IMG/VR virus record: IMGVR_UViG_3300028416_000006
Strand: one strand, 5' to 3'
Source of the DNA: a virus
DNA: 64,000 nucleotides
Below the pieces are notes generated by a model, which ran no database searches, had not been told where the DNA came from, and saw only the letters and a list, made by a program, of their open reading frames with translations. Below, piece by piece: positions 10,379 through 20,162 of the stretch; the stretch's first letter is position 1; every line of letters begins with the position of its first letter. Position numbers and translations under genes: made by a program.

Positions 10379-10781
10379 TGATTTCTTTCTCCGTTAATGG
10401 TGAACCGCTTAGTATCTCTATACATCTTGCTACGTTGTTACTGGCTTTGTCGATTATTTTTTCAACTAATCCAGGTCTTGCTTGTGCAAGTTGACCTAAG
10501 TCATGTTCGCTTAGTTTTTCTTCAAGTGTATCAACACGTGATTGTGCTGATGCAAATTCTTTGCTTACTTCATTAAATTGTTTTTGTACTTCTGCTAAAT
10601 CTTTTTGTACTGATACAAATGCGGCCTGTGAAGCTTCTGCGGCTTGTTCGGCAGTTGCGGCGTTTGTGGCATATACACGAATTTGTTCTTGTGTGTATGT
10701 GTAATACTTCCACGCACCTAATCCTACTGCACCGAGTACAGCAGTCATTATAAGAAGTAATTTAAGTTTTCCTAATATCAT
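10308..10781 (-). CDS. i-spanin-like protein
   Basis: N-terminal TM, coiled coil, C-terminal Cys residues; overlapped Rz/Rz1-type arrangement. Confidence 0.65.
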   Translation of the reverse strand: MILGKLKLLLIMTAVLGAVGLGAWKYYTYTQEQIRVYATNAATAEQAAEASQAAFVSVQKDLAEVQKQFNEVSKEFASAQSRVDTLEEKLSEHDLGQLAQARPGLVEKIIDKASNNVARCIEILSGSPLTEKEINVTKKSKANTECPELANPNYVPK

Positions 10782-10785
10782 AATA

Positions 10786-11253
10786 TTAATACTTGTTTAA
10801 AAATTTAATGCGTTCCGATATTGCTTGAGCTTCTGGGTTAGTGGCCATTTCATAATCGTAACTACTTGAGTATACACTACTTTCAAAGTTTTGTCTATTC
10901 CAATTTGAAGGCATATCGCTTTTGTATGCATTAAACATAAAGCTGTTTGCTGATTCGTCTACACGAGTGATATCTTTTAGTATGTTATCAATTGAATCAA
11001 ATAACTTACTGTTTCGTTGTAATTCAACAAAGACTTTGTAATTTCCGTCTTTGTTTGGGCCTGGTGACACATCTACATCAATACAGTCATGTCCTGTTTC
11101 AATAAACAGACTTAAATCTTTTGCTGGATCGGCATCTTTAACTTCAAATGCTAATACTACAACATTCTTATCATCGCCTATTTTACTTTTGTATTGATCT
11201 ACACTAAATGTTGATTGTACTAAATCTATTAAATCATTGTTTTGTATGCTCAT
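10786..11253 (-). CDS. hypothetical protein
   Basis: ORF in coupled run. Confidence 0.6.
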   Translation of the reverse strand: MSIQNNDLIDLVQSTFSVDQYKSKIGDDKNVVVLAFEVKDADPAKDLSLFIETGHDCIDVDVSPGPNKDGNYKVFVELQRNSKLFDSIDNILKDITRVDESANSFMFNAYKSDMPSNWNRQNFESSVYSSSYDYEMATNPEAQAISERIKFLNKY

Positions 11254-11777
11254 AAGTCTAATCCTTCGTCTGCTGCAGATATTTCATCTGTGTATGCTTG
11301 CTCTACTGCATTACTATCAATACCTTGATCATCAACACGCAATTTAGCTGCTTCTACATCATTCATATATTTTCTAGGCATTACTATTGTTACTAACCAA
11401 ACAGGCTTAATAACTCTTTTAGCACGAGTTTGTCCTGGTCTTTTACCGTCTGCTCCATCTTGTCCTTCGCTGTCGTCTGGACTTCTTAGTCTAGCAGCCG
11501 TAATGTATTCTTCTTCTGCAAAGTATACTTTACAACCATTCTTTGTTAAACGCATTGCACCTTCTGGATCTGGCATTTGATTCTTATAATACATTAATGT
11601 AACTGTTACCCAATATCTATCAATGTGTGGACCTTCTACAATTTCGCCTTCCATCCAGTTTTTATATGCATAAATGTTGGCTGTATCCATTACACGCTCA
11701 AAGTCCATTAGTGTTTCTAATGCACTATCTCGACTAGTGTTTGCTCTTAGGTTGTTTAAAATATAGTTTTGATCCAT
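11250..11777 (-). CDS. hypothetical protein
   Basis: SD and late motif upstream. Confidence 0.65.
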   Translation of the reverse strand: MDQNYILNNLRANTSRDSALETLMDFERVMDTANIYAYKNWMEGEIVEGPHIDRYWVTVTLMYYKNQMPDPEGAMRLTKNGCKVYFAEEEYITAARLRSPDDSEGQDGADGKRPGQTRAKRVIKPVWLVTIVMPRKYMNDVEAAKLRVDDQGIDSNAVEQAYTDEISAADEGLDL

Positions 11778-11925
11778 TGTGAATTCCTTTAATATATACT
11801 TATTTATGACAGTTAGGTTGTAGTGTCAACTTTTATTCTTTTTATACTAACTTAACTTAATTCTCAAAGTGTTAAATACATATGAGCAGGCAGTAAAGGG
11901 CCCAAGCATCCAAATAGGAGAACAC

Positions 11926-12660
11926 ATGGCTAAACGAGCTCGAAAAACAAAAAAACAACAATATCAACAAGAACATTCACAGGATAAGATAGTCCAACTT
12001 AACGCACACAGAAAAAGACATGTACAAATTGTTCCACGTAATCTCGCACAAGAAGATTATGTAGAGCTTCTTGACGATGAAAAACGTAACATTGTGTTTG
12101 CAATGGGACCTGCAGGTACAGGTAAAACATTGCTAGGCGTGTTAGCGGCTATTGACGCATACAATTCAAACTTATGTAGTAAAATTGTAATTACGCGACC
12201 TGCTGTTAGTGTTGATGAACAACATGGTTTTCTACCAGGAACACTAGTAGAAAAAATGGCACCATGGACAAGACCTATATTTGACGTAATGGAAGAATAT
12301 TGGTCACCAAGCACAATCGAAAACATGATTAATGAGAACATTATCGAGATTGCACCACTGGCATATATGCGTGGTAGAACTTTTAAGAATTCTTGGATTA
12401 TAGCAGACGAAATGCAAAATGCGACACCATCTCAAATGAAGATGTTATTAACACGCATTGGCGAGAATTCTAAAATTATTGTAACAGGAGACTTAGCACA
12501 ACACGACCGTGGATTCGAAGACAACGGTCTTAAAAATTTCGTAAAACTACTAGAACAAAGAGGTAGTGATATAATTGGAGTTGTCAGCTTTACCAAAGGT
12601 GATGTTGAACGACATGTCGCTGTTACTGAAGTTCTAACTATTTACGGAGACGAAGAATAA
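11926..12660 (+). CDS. phoH: PhoH-like ATPase
   Basis: GPAGTGKT, GFLPG, YMRGRTF, DEMQN, TGDLAQ; start moved to ATG after AGGAG. Confidence 0.95.
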   Translation: MAKRARKTKKQQYQQEHSQDKIVQLNAHRKRHVQIVPRNLAQEDYVELLDDEKRNIVFAMGPAGTGKTLLGVLAAIDAYNSNLCSKIVITRPAVSVDEQHGFLPGTLVEKMAPWTRPIFDVMEEYWSPSTIENMINENIIEIAPLAYMRGRTFKNSWIIADEMQNATPSQMKMLLTRIGENSKIIVTGDLAQHDRGFEDNGLKNFVKLLEQRGSDIIGVVSFTKGDVERHVAVTEVLTIYGDEE

Positions 12661-12661
12661 A

Positions 12662-13243
12662 TTAACTGTTGACAATCATGTCAACTATATCGGCCCAATT
12701 GCCTGCCATTTTTATTCCGTCCATTAAGACTTCATCTTTGTTATGATCGTGTTCTAATAGAATACTTTTTAATCCTAACTTAGCCCCACACTCTGCATTT
12801 TCGAGTTTGTCCTCGATCCAAAATGCATCACTTCCAACATACGGTGCTAATGCTTCGTCTTTGTCAGCACCTGTATCTAAGCATAGCACTTCTTTAAAAG
12901 TACCTTTACCAAATACATTCTCTAAGTTGTATTTCCGTAAACGAATTGCTTTTTTATCTAAACTCAAACTAGTAATACAATGAAATCGGTATCCATGTTC
13001 GTATAGTTTAGCAACACCACTTCGTGCATCACGGAATGCTTTTAAATAGCCCATCCATGCACTTTCGTTAAATATTTTAATTAGTTGTTTACCTTGAGAC
13101 TTTTCAAACCCATACTGCTGACTAATATCATACATTCCATGTGCTACTTTAACATGTCCATGTGATTCCATCCATTTATGAAACGCACTTTCCCAATCAA
13201 GTAGTACACCATCGCAATCTGTAAGTATGATTTTATCTTCCAT
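12662..13243 (-). CDS. HAD-superfamily phosphatase/nucleotidase (T4 30.2-like)
   Basis: DCDGVLLDW and WIEDK motifs. Confidence 0.8.
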   Translation of the reverse strand: MEDKIILTDCDGVLLDWESAFHKWMESHGHVKVAHGMYDISQQYGFEKSQGKQLIKIFNESAWMGYLKAFRDARSGVAKLYEHGYRFHCITSLSLDKKAIRLRKYNLENVFGKGTFKEVLCLDTGADKDEALAPYVGSDAFWIEDKLENAECGAKLGLKSILLEHDHNKDEVLMDGIKMAGNWADIVDMIVNS

Positions 13244-13276
13244 CTTTATTCCTCTTTTTTCTAACATTATGTATAT

Positions 13277-13307
13277 ATTATACGACAAGATGTCTTGGTT
13301 GTCAACC
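13277..13307 (-). promoter_or_regulatory. sigma70 promoter with AAGACATCTT spacer (copy 1)
   Basis: TTGACA-ACCAAGACATCTTGTCG-TATAAT. Confidence 0.85.
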
Positions 13308-13309
13308 TT

Positions 13310-13618
13310 TTATTTCATATCAATTAGGTCTTGATATTCCCAAACTGCTTTCTCATACTCACCTGGCCAACCACCATATACTCCCATTTCTAGACTGTTT
13401 TTCATCCAGAGCAAACTTTTATCTTCGCCTTCAAAGGATTTATTTCTTTCTATTTTGTGTAAGTATTCTGGCGTTAGTCCGTGTAGTGTAGTTAAGTCAT
13501 GCATATCAATGTTTGGTGCAAACTTCATCTTAACTATCATTGCTTGTTCGTCAGTCATTACAACCGTGTCGTTTTTGCCTTTGATAGTAACACTCCAAAC
13601 TTTTGTCATTACCACCAC
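13310..13618 (-). CDS. hypothetical protein
   Basis: ORF in coupled run. Confidence 0.5.
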   Translation of the reverse strand: MVVMTKVWSVTIKGKNDTVVMTDEQAMIVKMKFAPNIDMHDLTTLHGLTPEYLHKIERNKSFEGEDKSLLWMKNSLEMGVYGGWPGEYEKAVWEYQDLIDMK

Positions 13619-13818
13619 CCCAACACTCTACCGTTACCTGTAATAATCATTACACAAGTTAATACATGAAGAACAATCCAAAATGTTCTAAATGCTAATG
13701 CACGTCTTACATCTTTTTGTGTGATGGGCAAAAACTCAGGCTTATCCTCATCGTTGACACCAATTGGCATCCCAACTGTCCTTGCCCAAACTTTTAAAAA
13801 TCTTCTTTGTCCTGACAT
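13609..13818 (-). CDS. small membrane protein
   Basis: One TM; TAATG coupling. Confidence 0.55.
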   Translation of the reverse strand: MSGQRRFLKVWARTVGMPIGVNDEDKPEFLPITQKDVRRALAFRTFWIVLHVLTCVMIITGNGRVLGWW

Positions 13819-14255
13819 TAACGTCTCATTTGTGCTATTTCAACTGCCTGTTCTTTTTGATCTTCAAAGATAGGTACCATATTACTTTTGTGCATTGTTG
13901 CAATGCCTAGTAATTTGCGTTCGCCTGTGTACTGCATTGGCTCTTTGCGTGTGCCATTGCCACTAACATTATTACTAAGACTTGGATAGTCTTTTGTTTC
14001 ACGCACCTTAGGAGGCTCGTATGCTTTGCGTTTTGTTGTAGTTTTTGGGGCTTTGTATGTACCGCTTACATATGCGACAAAATCTTCAAACTCTGCAAAC
14101 TGCGCCGAGTGAATGTGTCGCTTACGACAATCTTTATTGTGCTGTCGCCATTGCACTTTTAGTTTTTCTAGCTTTGCTGGACTCATAGCCTTTTTGCTTT
14201 TCTTACGACTATATTGGGTTGTGGTCATATGTGGACCAAGTAGTTGCATCGTCAT
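13818..14255 (-). CDS. basic hypothetical phage protein
   Basis: SD and sigma70-like promoter upstream. Confidence 0.6.
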   Translation of the reverse strand: MTMQLLGPHMTTTQYSRKKSKKAMSPAKLEKLKVQWRQHNKDCRKRHIHSAQFAEFEDFVAYVSGTYKAPKTTTKRKAYEPPKVRETKDYPSLSNNVSGNGTRKEPMQYTGERKLLGIATMHKSNMVPIFEDQKEQAVEIAQMRR

Positions 14256-14314
14256 ATTTTACGCTCCATAGTAAATTTGTTACATTTACATTATAGCGTA
14301 AATTTGATACTTTG

Positions 14315-15622
14315 TCAAGTTTTGTATATTATTTCAGATAAAGTTTTATTATATTCGTGTAAATATTTTTCTCTAAATTTATCTTGTTCTTTAACAATAT
14401 CTATAAAATCTTCAAGATGGTTTTCTTTGGATTCTATTGCTTTTCTCATGTCACCTAACATAACAATTAAATGCCTGTGTGCGTCAGTATCAAAGTCTTT
14501 TTCAATTTTATCACACATAGCAAGTGCTTCTTGTTTATAAGTGTCTGGCAAGTTTCCTACTCTAAAATGTTTAGGAAATGTAAGTAATCGTATATTACTA
14601 TCAACATCATAAGTAGAAACAAAGTCTATAAAGTCATACATATTGTTATAATTAAACATTTGATAACTGGCATTGATTTGGATACCAAACCATTCATTTT
14701 CACTTTTATATTCTGCTAACTTATCGCATGTTTCTTTCATTTGGTCCCATGTAAATACTCCGTTACTACGCATGTATTCAAACAAAGGCCCATATGCATC
14801 AATACTAATATCTATACTAAGTTTTCCAAGTTTATTAAATTCGTCTAACCTATTAAAATCTATTTTTGAACCATTTGTTGTAATAGTCATATTAACTTTG
14901 TTCGGTTCTCCATGTTCTTCGAGAAGTTTCATTAACTTATATGGGTCTTCAGTCATAAAAGGTTCGCCGCCTGTCATCCATATACTTCTTATATCTTTTA
15001 ACATTTCTGGGTTGGCTTCGAGGTATTCATTAATGTTATTAAAGTTTTTCTCTCTATTACCATGTACTTGTTTATATAATTTTGGAAACAATGGAGTCAT
15101 ATGCCTATTTTCAGGAATCAAACTATTACTAAATTTAGAACTACACATTCTGCATTTAAAATTACATAAGTTACTAAAATTTACAAATAAATGAGTTACT
15201 TTATTTCCTGTCAGTTTAGGATTTGTATAAGGCTCTGGGTCTCCTAATCTTTTATGTCGCATACTATTAGACAACCAATTGATACGCTGACTCTTATAGC
15301 CATGTTGTTCTTTTTGTAAACAGTTCATACATCCATGTGTATCCCATTTACCTTCAAGCATATTTTTACGTAAGAATTGCATTTGATCACTTTCATGTGA
15401 ACTGCCCATTGGCGTATCGTTCATCATGCATCTGCTTACGACACCAGATGGATGCCAGCTTATTGTATTAAAAGGAACAGGACACCAACTTGGACTATGA
15501 AGATTTTTCCAGCCATTAGGAGCTTCAGTGTCATTTTCTTTTGATTTTATATTTAGATCATCAGAATGTACAATGTACCTTTCTGGTAAATTAAATTTAT
15601 CGTTTTTCTTGCCTATTTCCAT
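14315..15622 (-). CDS. radical SAM protein with N-terminal twitch/SPASM-like region
   Basis: CNFKCRMC, TGGEPF, TTNGS; N-terminal Cys cluster. Confidence 0.88.
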   Translation of the reverse strand: MEIGKKNDKFNLPERYIVHSDDLNIKSKENDTEAPNGWKNLHSPSWCPVPFNTISWHPSGVVSRCMMNDTPMGSSHESDQMQFLRKNMLEGKWDTHGCMNCLQKEQHGYKSQRINWLSNSMRHKRLGDPEPYTNPKLTGNKVTHLFVNFSNLCNFKCRMCSSKFSNSLIPENRHMTPLFPKLYKQVHGNREKNFNNINEYLEANPEMLKDIRSIWMTGGEPFMTEDPYKLMKLLEEHGEPNKVNMTITTNGSKIDFNRLDEFNKLGKLSIDISIDAYGPLFEYMRSNGVFTWDQMKETCDKLAEYKSENEWFGIQINASYQMFNYNNMYDFIDFVSTYDVDSNIRLLTFPKHFRVGNLPDTYKQEALAMCDKIEKDFDTDAHRHLIVMLGDMRKAIESKENHLEDFIDIVKEQDKFREKYLHEYNKTLSEIIYKT

Positions 15623-15717
15623 AGTATTATTTATGTGATTTTCAGTGATATAGCTTTCACCCATAAGATGAAAGCTAATTGTGTTAAATGAGCGTGGACA
15701 TTATCCTCGCCCATTAA

Positions 15718-16542
15718 TCATTTAAATAAGATTCTTAATGTATTAGGTCCTGCAATACCATCTGGTGTTAATCCTCTAAGTGATTGCCAACCTCGTAGTT
15801 TTGCTTCTGTGCCTTTACCAAAGATACCGTCTGCAGTAAGTCCAAGTGTTTCTTGTAATTTTACTACAGTTGGGCCTCGAGATCCAATACGTACTGTTTC
15901 ATAAGTTTCACGTGGCTCGTAATGTCCACCTAAAACTTCTAATGCATGTGCGTAATGTTTTTTGCGATCTTCTAGCCCAATAGTTCCACCATTAATACGT
16001 TTTGTCATACCAGTTATATCTTGGTTGTCACAATACTTATTAATGTTATTTGTATCCCAAAACCAACATGCACTTGCTAACGCTCCAATAGGACTGCGAA
16101 CAAACTCTGTGGCTTCTTCTGCACTCATACCTTCTGCTTTACCAAATTGTGTATAATTATATCGTCCAGTTAGTTGAAGAATACCGCCACCTCTAAAGCG
16201 CCAGCCATCTCCACTGTCTGTACCACCATTATCCATACGATTTGCATAAATTACATTTGCAATCTTTTCAGGTTGCCTATGATAATTTCTTGCATCTCGT
16301 CCTGCTCGTTTAAAATACTTTGGAAAAATCTTATCCAGTGCTTCGGCACTGTAGTTTAGATTCTCTGTTAGAACAGAATATCCACCAGATTCGTGACTTG
16401 TTTGAGCTATAAACCCTGCAACTCTATCAACTGTGTCGATATTCCATTTGGGCAAAACTCTCTGCATTGCATCATACCATTCAGCGGCATCAATACGTGG
16501 CAAAAGTTCTGCAACTTGCTCTATCTTAAAATCAAATTGCAT
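15718..16542 (-). CDS. GH19-family endolysin with peptidoglycan-binding domain
   Basis: FIAQTSHES, ENLNYS, FRGGGILQLTG, TKRINGG; C-terminal DGIFG/DGIAG repeats. Confidence 0.9.
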   Translation of the reverse strand: MQFDFKIEQVAELLPRIDAAEWYDAMQRVLPKWNIDTVDRVAGFIAQTSHESGGYSVLTENLNYSAEALDKIFPKYFKRAGRDARNYHRQPEKIANVIYANRMDNGGTDSGDGWRFRGGGILQLTGRYNYTQFGKAEGMSAEEATEFVRSPIGALASACWFWDTNNINKYCDNQDITGMTKRINGGTIGLEDRKKHYAHALEVLGGHYEPRETYETVRIGSRGPTVVKLQETLGLTADGIFGKGTEAKLRGWQSLRGLTPDGIAGPNTLRILFK

Positions 16543-16547
16543 ATGTG

Positions 16548-16709
16548 CTACTCACCTTTTAACAAGGTGTAGGCACCATAAACAATAGCTGCATAGGCAG
16601 CCCAGGCGATTAGTCCGTCAAACATAAGTGCAATTACACCCATGGCAATCAGAGCTCCGCCATCCCAAGATGTGCGTTCGCTTAGTCTATTTTTAATCCA
16701 TTCAATCAT
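16548..16709 (-). CDS. small two-TM protein (holin candidate)
   Basis: 53 aa hydrophobic protein directly upstream of endolysin; AAGGAG SD. Confidence 0.55.
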   Translation of the reverse strand: MIEWIKNRLSERTSWDGGALIAMGVIALMFDGLIAWAAYAAIVYGAYTLLKGE

Positions 16710-16847
16710 AATGATCTCCTTTTTTGATAGTTTCAGTGAGAATCTTCCCACATTTTTAACATAGACAACTCAGACGATTTATGCCTGAGTTACTATATTA
16801 AATTAGTTTACACTAGAAATGTGTTATTGTCAAGTGTATTTATAATC

Positions 16848-17438
16848 CTATTGGTCTACGTTGTAATTAATGGAGTCGTAGTTAACCTGTGCATAACTGT
16901 TTCTTAGATGCTTAGGAAGCCATTGGCTTGCTGGACTAGGATTGTTATCTTTGGCGTTTTTTAAACGAGCTTCTATTTTGAGCTGTTTTTTTCTATTTTT
17001 ATTATTATGCTTTTTATTACATTTTATTTTTTCAGGTGAAGGTGGTTTTGCTTGTTTTTCTATTTCTTTAAGAATTTGTTGCCTTGATGTTTCAAAACAA
17101 TAATCGTCATCGTCAGGTTGTGCAACATTATTACGTTCTGTTCTTGCATTAGCCAATGCCACTCCTGCTTCTGTTCCTACTTTACTACCTTTTTTATAAT
17201 TACATCCACTACACAATATTTGTAAATTATCAATATCAAGTGCTAACTCTGGGTGCAGCTTTAAAGGCAGTACATGATCCACTGCTGGTTCGCACCATTT
17301 TTTAAAACTGAACTCCACTTTACAATTTGCACAACATCCTGTATTCTTAGTTTTCATCACTAGATTACGTAGTGCTATCCATTCAGAAGTCCTATAGAAC
17401 TTTTTTGCCAGTTGGTTTTCACTTAAATTATCCAACAT
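16848..17438 (-). CDS. HNH endonuclease
   Basis: CANC...VDHVLP...NLQILCSGCNYKK. Confidence 0.85.
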   Translation of the reverse strand: MLDNLSENQLAKKFYRTSEWIALRNLVMKTKNTGCCANCKVEFSFKKWCEPAVDHVLPLKLHPELALDIDNLQILCSGCNYKKGSKVGTEAGVALANARTERNNVAQPDDDDYCFETSRQQILKEIEKQAKPPSPEKIKCNKKHNNKNRKKQLKIEARLKNAKDNNPSPASQWLPKHLRNSYAQVNYDSINYNVDQ

Positions 17439-17449
17439 GTTAAAATTCC

Positions 17450-17608
17450 TTATCCGAAAATCATTACTACAATTACAATAGCAATAAACCATCCAACCCA
17501 ATTAGTACCGCCAATCAAGCCTTTGCTTTTAGCACAATCGTAGCAGTAACGATATTTTGTTGGTGTTTGTTTTGTGCATAAAAACGCATCACACGTCTTT
17601 TTACTCAT
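17450..17608 (-). CDS. 52 aa Cys4 plus TM microprotein
   Basis: Hand translation MSKKTCDAFLC...YCYDC...WFIAIVIVVMIFG; ATGA coupling. Confidence 0.55.
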   Translation of the reverse strand: MSKKTCDAFLCTKQTPTKYRYCYDCAKSKGLIGGTNWVGWFIAIVIVVMIFG

Positions 17609-17745
17609 AGCCCTAATATTCCAAATAGATTAAACCAACCCATTAGTGTTCCAATAGTAATTGGTGTGCCAATCATCATTAAAGCAATAATTAAAAATGC
17701 TAGTAGGGCGCCTTTGTTGTCACCTGCTTCGTTTGGGTTACTCAT
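17605..17745 (-). CDS. 46 aa membrane microprotein
   Basis: Hand translation MSNPNEAGDNKGALLAFLIIALMM...; GGAG SD. Confidence 0.55.
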   Translation of the reverse strand: MSNPNEAGDNKGALLAFLIIALMMIGTPITIGTLMGWFNLFGILGL

Positions 17746-17747
17746 GT

Positions 17748-17903
17748 TTAATCTCCGTATTTGTTTCTAAGTCTTGATCGATCATTGTATTTTATCATGA
17801 TCGTCCATTCTGGATGTTTGCTAACAAATTCATTTGCTTCTAGCAAACTATCGCAGGTATCTTCCCAGATACTTCCAGTCTTAAGATTTACTATGTAAAA
17901 CAT
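17748..17903 (-). CDS. 51 aa hypothetical protein
   Basis: Hand translation MFYIVNLKTG...; TAATG coupling. Confidence 0.5.
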   Translation of the reverse strand: MFYIVNLKTGSIWEDTCDSLLEANEFVSKHPEWTIMIKYNDRSRLRNKYGD

Positions 17904-18014
17904 TATTTGTTTAGCATCCTTGTACATGTAAAAAAGCTATTCTCATTTAAACAGTCTTTCCACTGATGAAAGCCTATTGCTAGTAAAAGACCAACAACAA
18001 CTGCAAGAAATACC

Positions 18015-18446
18015 TTATTCATGCTCTCCACCATCGGCGCGGCCATTGTAACCACCAAACACATTTGGTTTACGTCGAGCGGTTTCAAAGGTTGCTACTG
18101 TTACTGCAATTGCACCTAGCAATAGTGTATGTAGCATCATACTGAACACTCCTGCCCACATGCTACCTACTATGATAGCAAACACAATACACCACATCCA
18201 CGCAAGTACCTGCATGATCATATGTCGTGTGCTGAAATCTGGAATATTACTTAGTGGATTCTTATTATGATCCATTACTACATTCCAACAATTATAAATC
18301 CATTCTCTCATTGATATTACCTTTCTAAATATTACCTTTGTAGGATAATGTGCATCTGCGTCATCACGAAATTCGATTGCATCGTTTACATCGTGAAACT
18401 CCTGTGATACCTTGCGGTCTTTGAAATATGCTGTTACCCTATACAT
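18015..18446 (-). CDS. membrane-associated hypothetical protein
   Basis: Two C-terminal TM helices; sigma70-like promoter immediately upstream. Confidence 0.6.
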   Translation of the reverse strand: MYRVTAYFKDRKVSQEFHDVNDAIEFRDDADAHYPTKVIFRKVISMREWIYNCWNVVMDHNKNPLSNIPDFSTRHMIMQVLAWMWCIVFAIIVGSMWAGVFSMMLHTLLLGAIAVTVATFETARRKPNVFGGYNGRADGGEHE

Positions 18447-18490
18447 ACAACTAAGATAACACCTTTTATATATGTTGTCAACCTTTTTAT

Positions 18491-18565
18491 TGGCTGGAAC
18501 GATAGGACTCGAACCTATACTCTACGCTACCAAAAAGCGGTGCATTACCATTATGCTACGTTCCA
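18491..18565 (-). tRNA. tRNA-Gln(TTG)
   Basis: Cloverleaf, loop TT-TTG-GT, encoded CCA. Confidence 0.92.
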
Positions 18566-18576
18566 TTACCAGTAAC

Positions 18577-18664
18577 TGGCGGACAGTTAGGGATTCGAAC
18601 CCTAGGAAGGTTGCCCTTCGTCGGTTTAGTAAACCGGTGCTTTCGACCACTCAGCCAACTGTCC
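18577..18664 (-). tRNA. tRNA-Ser(ACT)
   Basis: Long variable arm, G73, loop TT-ACT-AA, CCA. Confidence 0.88.
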
Positions 18665-18669
18665 TTACT

Positions 18670-18753
18670 TGGTGCGGATGGAGAGACTCGAACTCTCACG
18701 CCGTAAAGCACAGGTACCTAAAACCTGCGTGTCTACCATTCCACCACATCCGC
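18670..18753 (-). tRNA. tRNA-Leu(TAG)
   Basis: Class II cloverleaf, CAGGT-TTTAGGT-ACCTG. Confidence 0.93.
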
Positions 18754-18760
18754 ATGTGTG

Positions 18761-18985
18761 TTATTTAGTAACTATATATGTTCCGTCAGTGCGGTTATAT
18801 GCTTCAATTAAAAGTTCCCACATTTCAGTTGATACTTTTACTACATCGTGAGTGTCAAATTCTTTATCGTATTGTGTAATGTAAATAATATCTTCTTGAA
18901 AATGCATTATAACATCTTCAAAATTTGCATTAGTATCCATTACTGTTACAACGCTTTCATCAAACTCTTCTTCTACTGTAAACAT
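18761..18985 (-). CDS. acidic hypothetical protein within tRNA cluster
   Basis: 74 aa ORF between tRNAs. Confidence 0.55.
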   Translation of the reverse strand: MFTVEEEFDESVVTVMDTNANFEDVIMHFQEDIIYITQYDKEFDTHDVVKVSTEMWELLIEAYNRTDGTYIVTK

Positions 18986-19004
18986 ACATAGTTCTTTCTT
19001 ATTT

Positions 19005-19081
19005 TGGTACTCCCGGTAGGATTCGAACCTACGATCGACCCGTTATGAGCGGGGGGCATTAGACCGCTATGCTACAAGAGT
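19005..19081 (-). tRNA. tRNA with CAT anticodon (probably Ile2, possibly elongator Met)
   Basis: Loop CT-CAT-AA; paired 1-72 and no GGG/CCC initiator stem. Confidence 0.88.
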
Positions 19082-19087
19082 ATTATT

Positions 19088-19161
19088 TGGCAAAGGTGAA
19101 GAGAATCGAACTCCTACTTGCGGATTTGGAATCCGCCGTGATACCATTTCACTACACCCCT
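19088..19161 (-). tRNA. tRNA-Trp(CCA)
   Basis: GCGGA-TTCCAAA-TCCGC, G73, CCA. Confidence 0.92.
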
Positions 19162-19166
19162 ATATT

Positions 19167-19251
19167 TGGTACTCGCACCCGGACTCGAACCGGGACGCCA
19201 TATGGCCACAGATTTTAAGTCTGTTATGTCTACCAATTCCATCATGCGAGC
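19167..19251 (-). tRNA. tRNA-Leu(TAA)
   Basis: ACAGA-CTTAAAA-TCTGT, variable arm. Confidence 0.93.
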
Positions 19252-19253
19252 AT

Positions 19254-19330
19254 TGGCGTCCCCTACAGGATTCGAACCTGTGACCTACTGCTTAGAAGGC
19301 AGTTGCTCTATCCAGCTGAGCTAAGGAGAC
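19254..19330 (-). tRNA. tRNA-Arg(TCT)
   Basis: ACTGC-CTTCTAA-GCAGT, A20. Confidence 0.95.
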
Positions 19331-19339
19331 CAAAACTGT

Positions 19340-19645
19340 TTAAATTTGTGTCGGTTCCTCTGCTGTAATTAAATACATTTTATTGAGTATTGCATCTAGA
19401 TTTGATGCAGTTAGATATCCAGCGACTGTGTCGCCTTCTGTTGTGATGCCTGGAAGTTCACACATTTGTTCTTTGTCTGTTCCCCAGTCTTTAAACACAC
19501 CTACTTCGTACATGCCTGATTTGCCACCATATGACATGTCATTACAGATTATGCTTAGTTTATATTTGCCAAAGTCAATAATTGCTTGCTTACCTGTTAT
19601 GTGAGGCTTACCTTGGTCTAACATTTTTATGTCTTTGAATCGCAT
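19340..19645 (-). CDS. hypothetical protein
   Basis: 101 aa ORF with SYGG...YE pattern seen in small phage proteins. Confidence 0.6.
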   Translation of the reverse strand: MRFKDIKMLDQGKPHITGKQAIIDFGKYKLSIICNDMSYGGKSGMYEVGVFKDWGTDKEQMCELPGITTEGDTVAGYLTASNLDAILNKMYLITAEEPTQI

Positions 19646-19816
19646 TTTACTTCTCTATTGCGTCTAGTTGTTTTTCAAGTTCTGTTATATATTGTTCGAG
19701 CGTACTAATTGTAGTATAAAGGTGTCCAGTAGCACTTGGCTTGATACGGCTTTTGAACACCTCTATTAATTCTTTTGAAACTTCTATTTTATTAGTTATT
19801 TCACTAAATTCTACCA

Positions 19817-20050
19817 CTATTTTAATCCAAATAGATCTTCAAAGGCTTTTGCTGCAGTTTGCTTTTCTTTGCTTTGTTTACTAGTTGGTTCTTCTAAATA
19901 AGGTTGTTTAACTGTATTCACATAATCAATTTCTTCCAAAATTTCAATGCGTTCCTTAACTTTTTTAAGTGCCATACGGACTTCCTGGCTGTTTTCTTCT
20001 TTGTTCATTTCATCTTTGATGATTTCCACAATTTGTCTACTATTAATCAT
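19817..20050 (-). CDS. hypothetical protein
   Basis: First ORF after the sigma70-like promoter at ~20080-20109. Confidence 0.55.
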   Translation of the reverse strand: MINSRQIVEIIKDEMNKEENSQEVRMALKKVKERIEILEEIDYVNTVKQPYLEEPTSKQSKEKQTAAKAFEDLFGLK

Positions 20051-20162
20051 ATCCGCTCTTCCTTGTTTTAGTGTTATTAGTATAACACAATAGTCACATC
20101 TCTGTCAACTATTTATTATCTTATATATACTGTTTACCTAAGATAATAAATAGTAATATACT

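Noticed and set aside
18577-18664. Amber suppressor reading (CTA) of the Ser tRNA and stop-codon recoding
   Set aside because: A 7-nt loop with U33 gives ACT; conserved genes are full length in code 11 and end at TAA, TAG or TGA normally
18472-18851. Plus-strand ORFs 18472-18768 and 18669-18851, and 22287-22493
   Set aside because: Antisense shadows of tRNA and tmRNA genes
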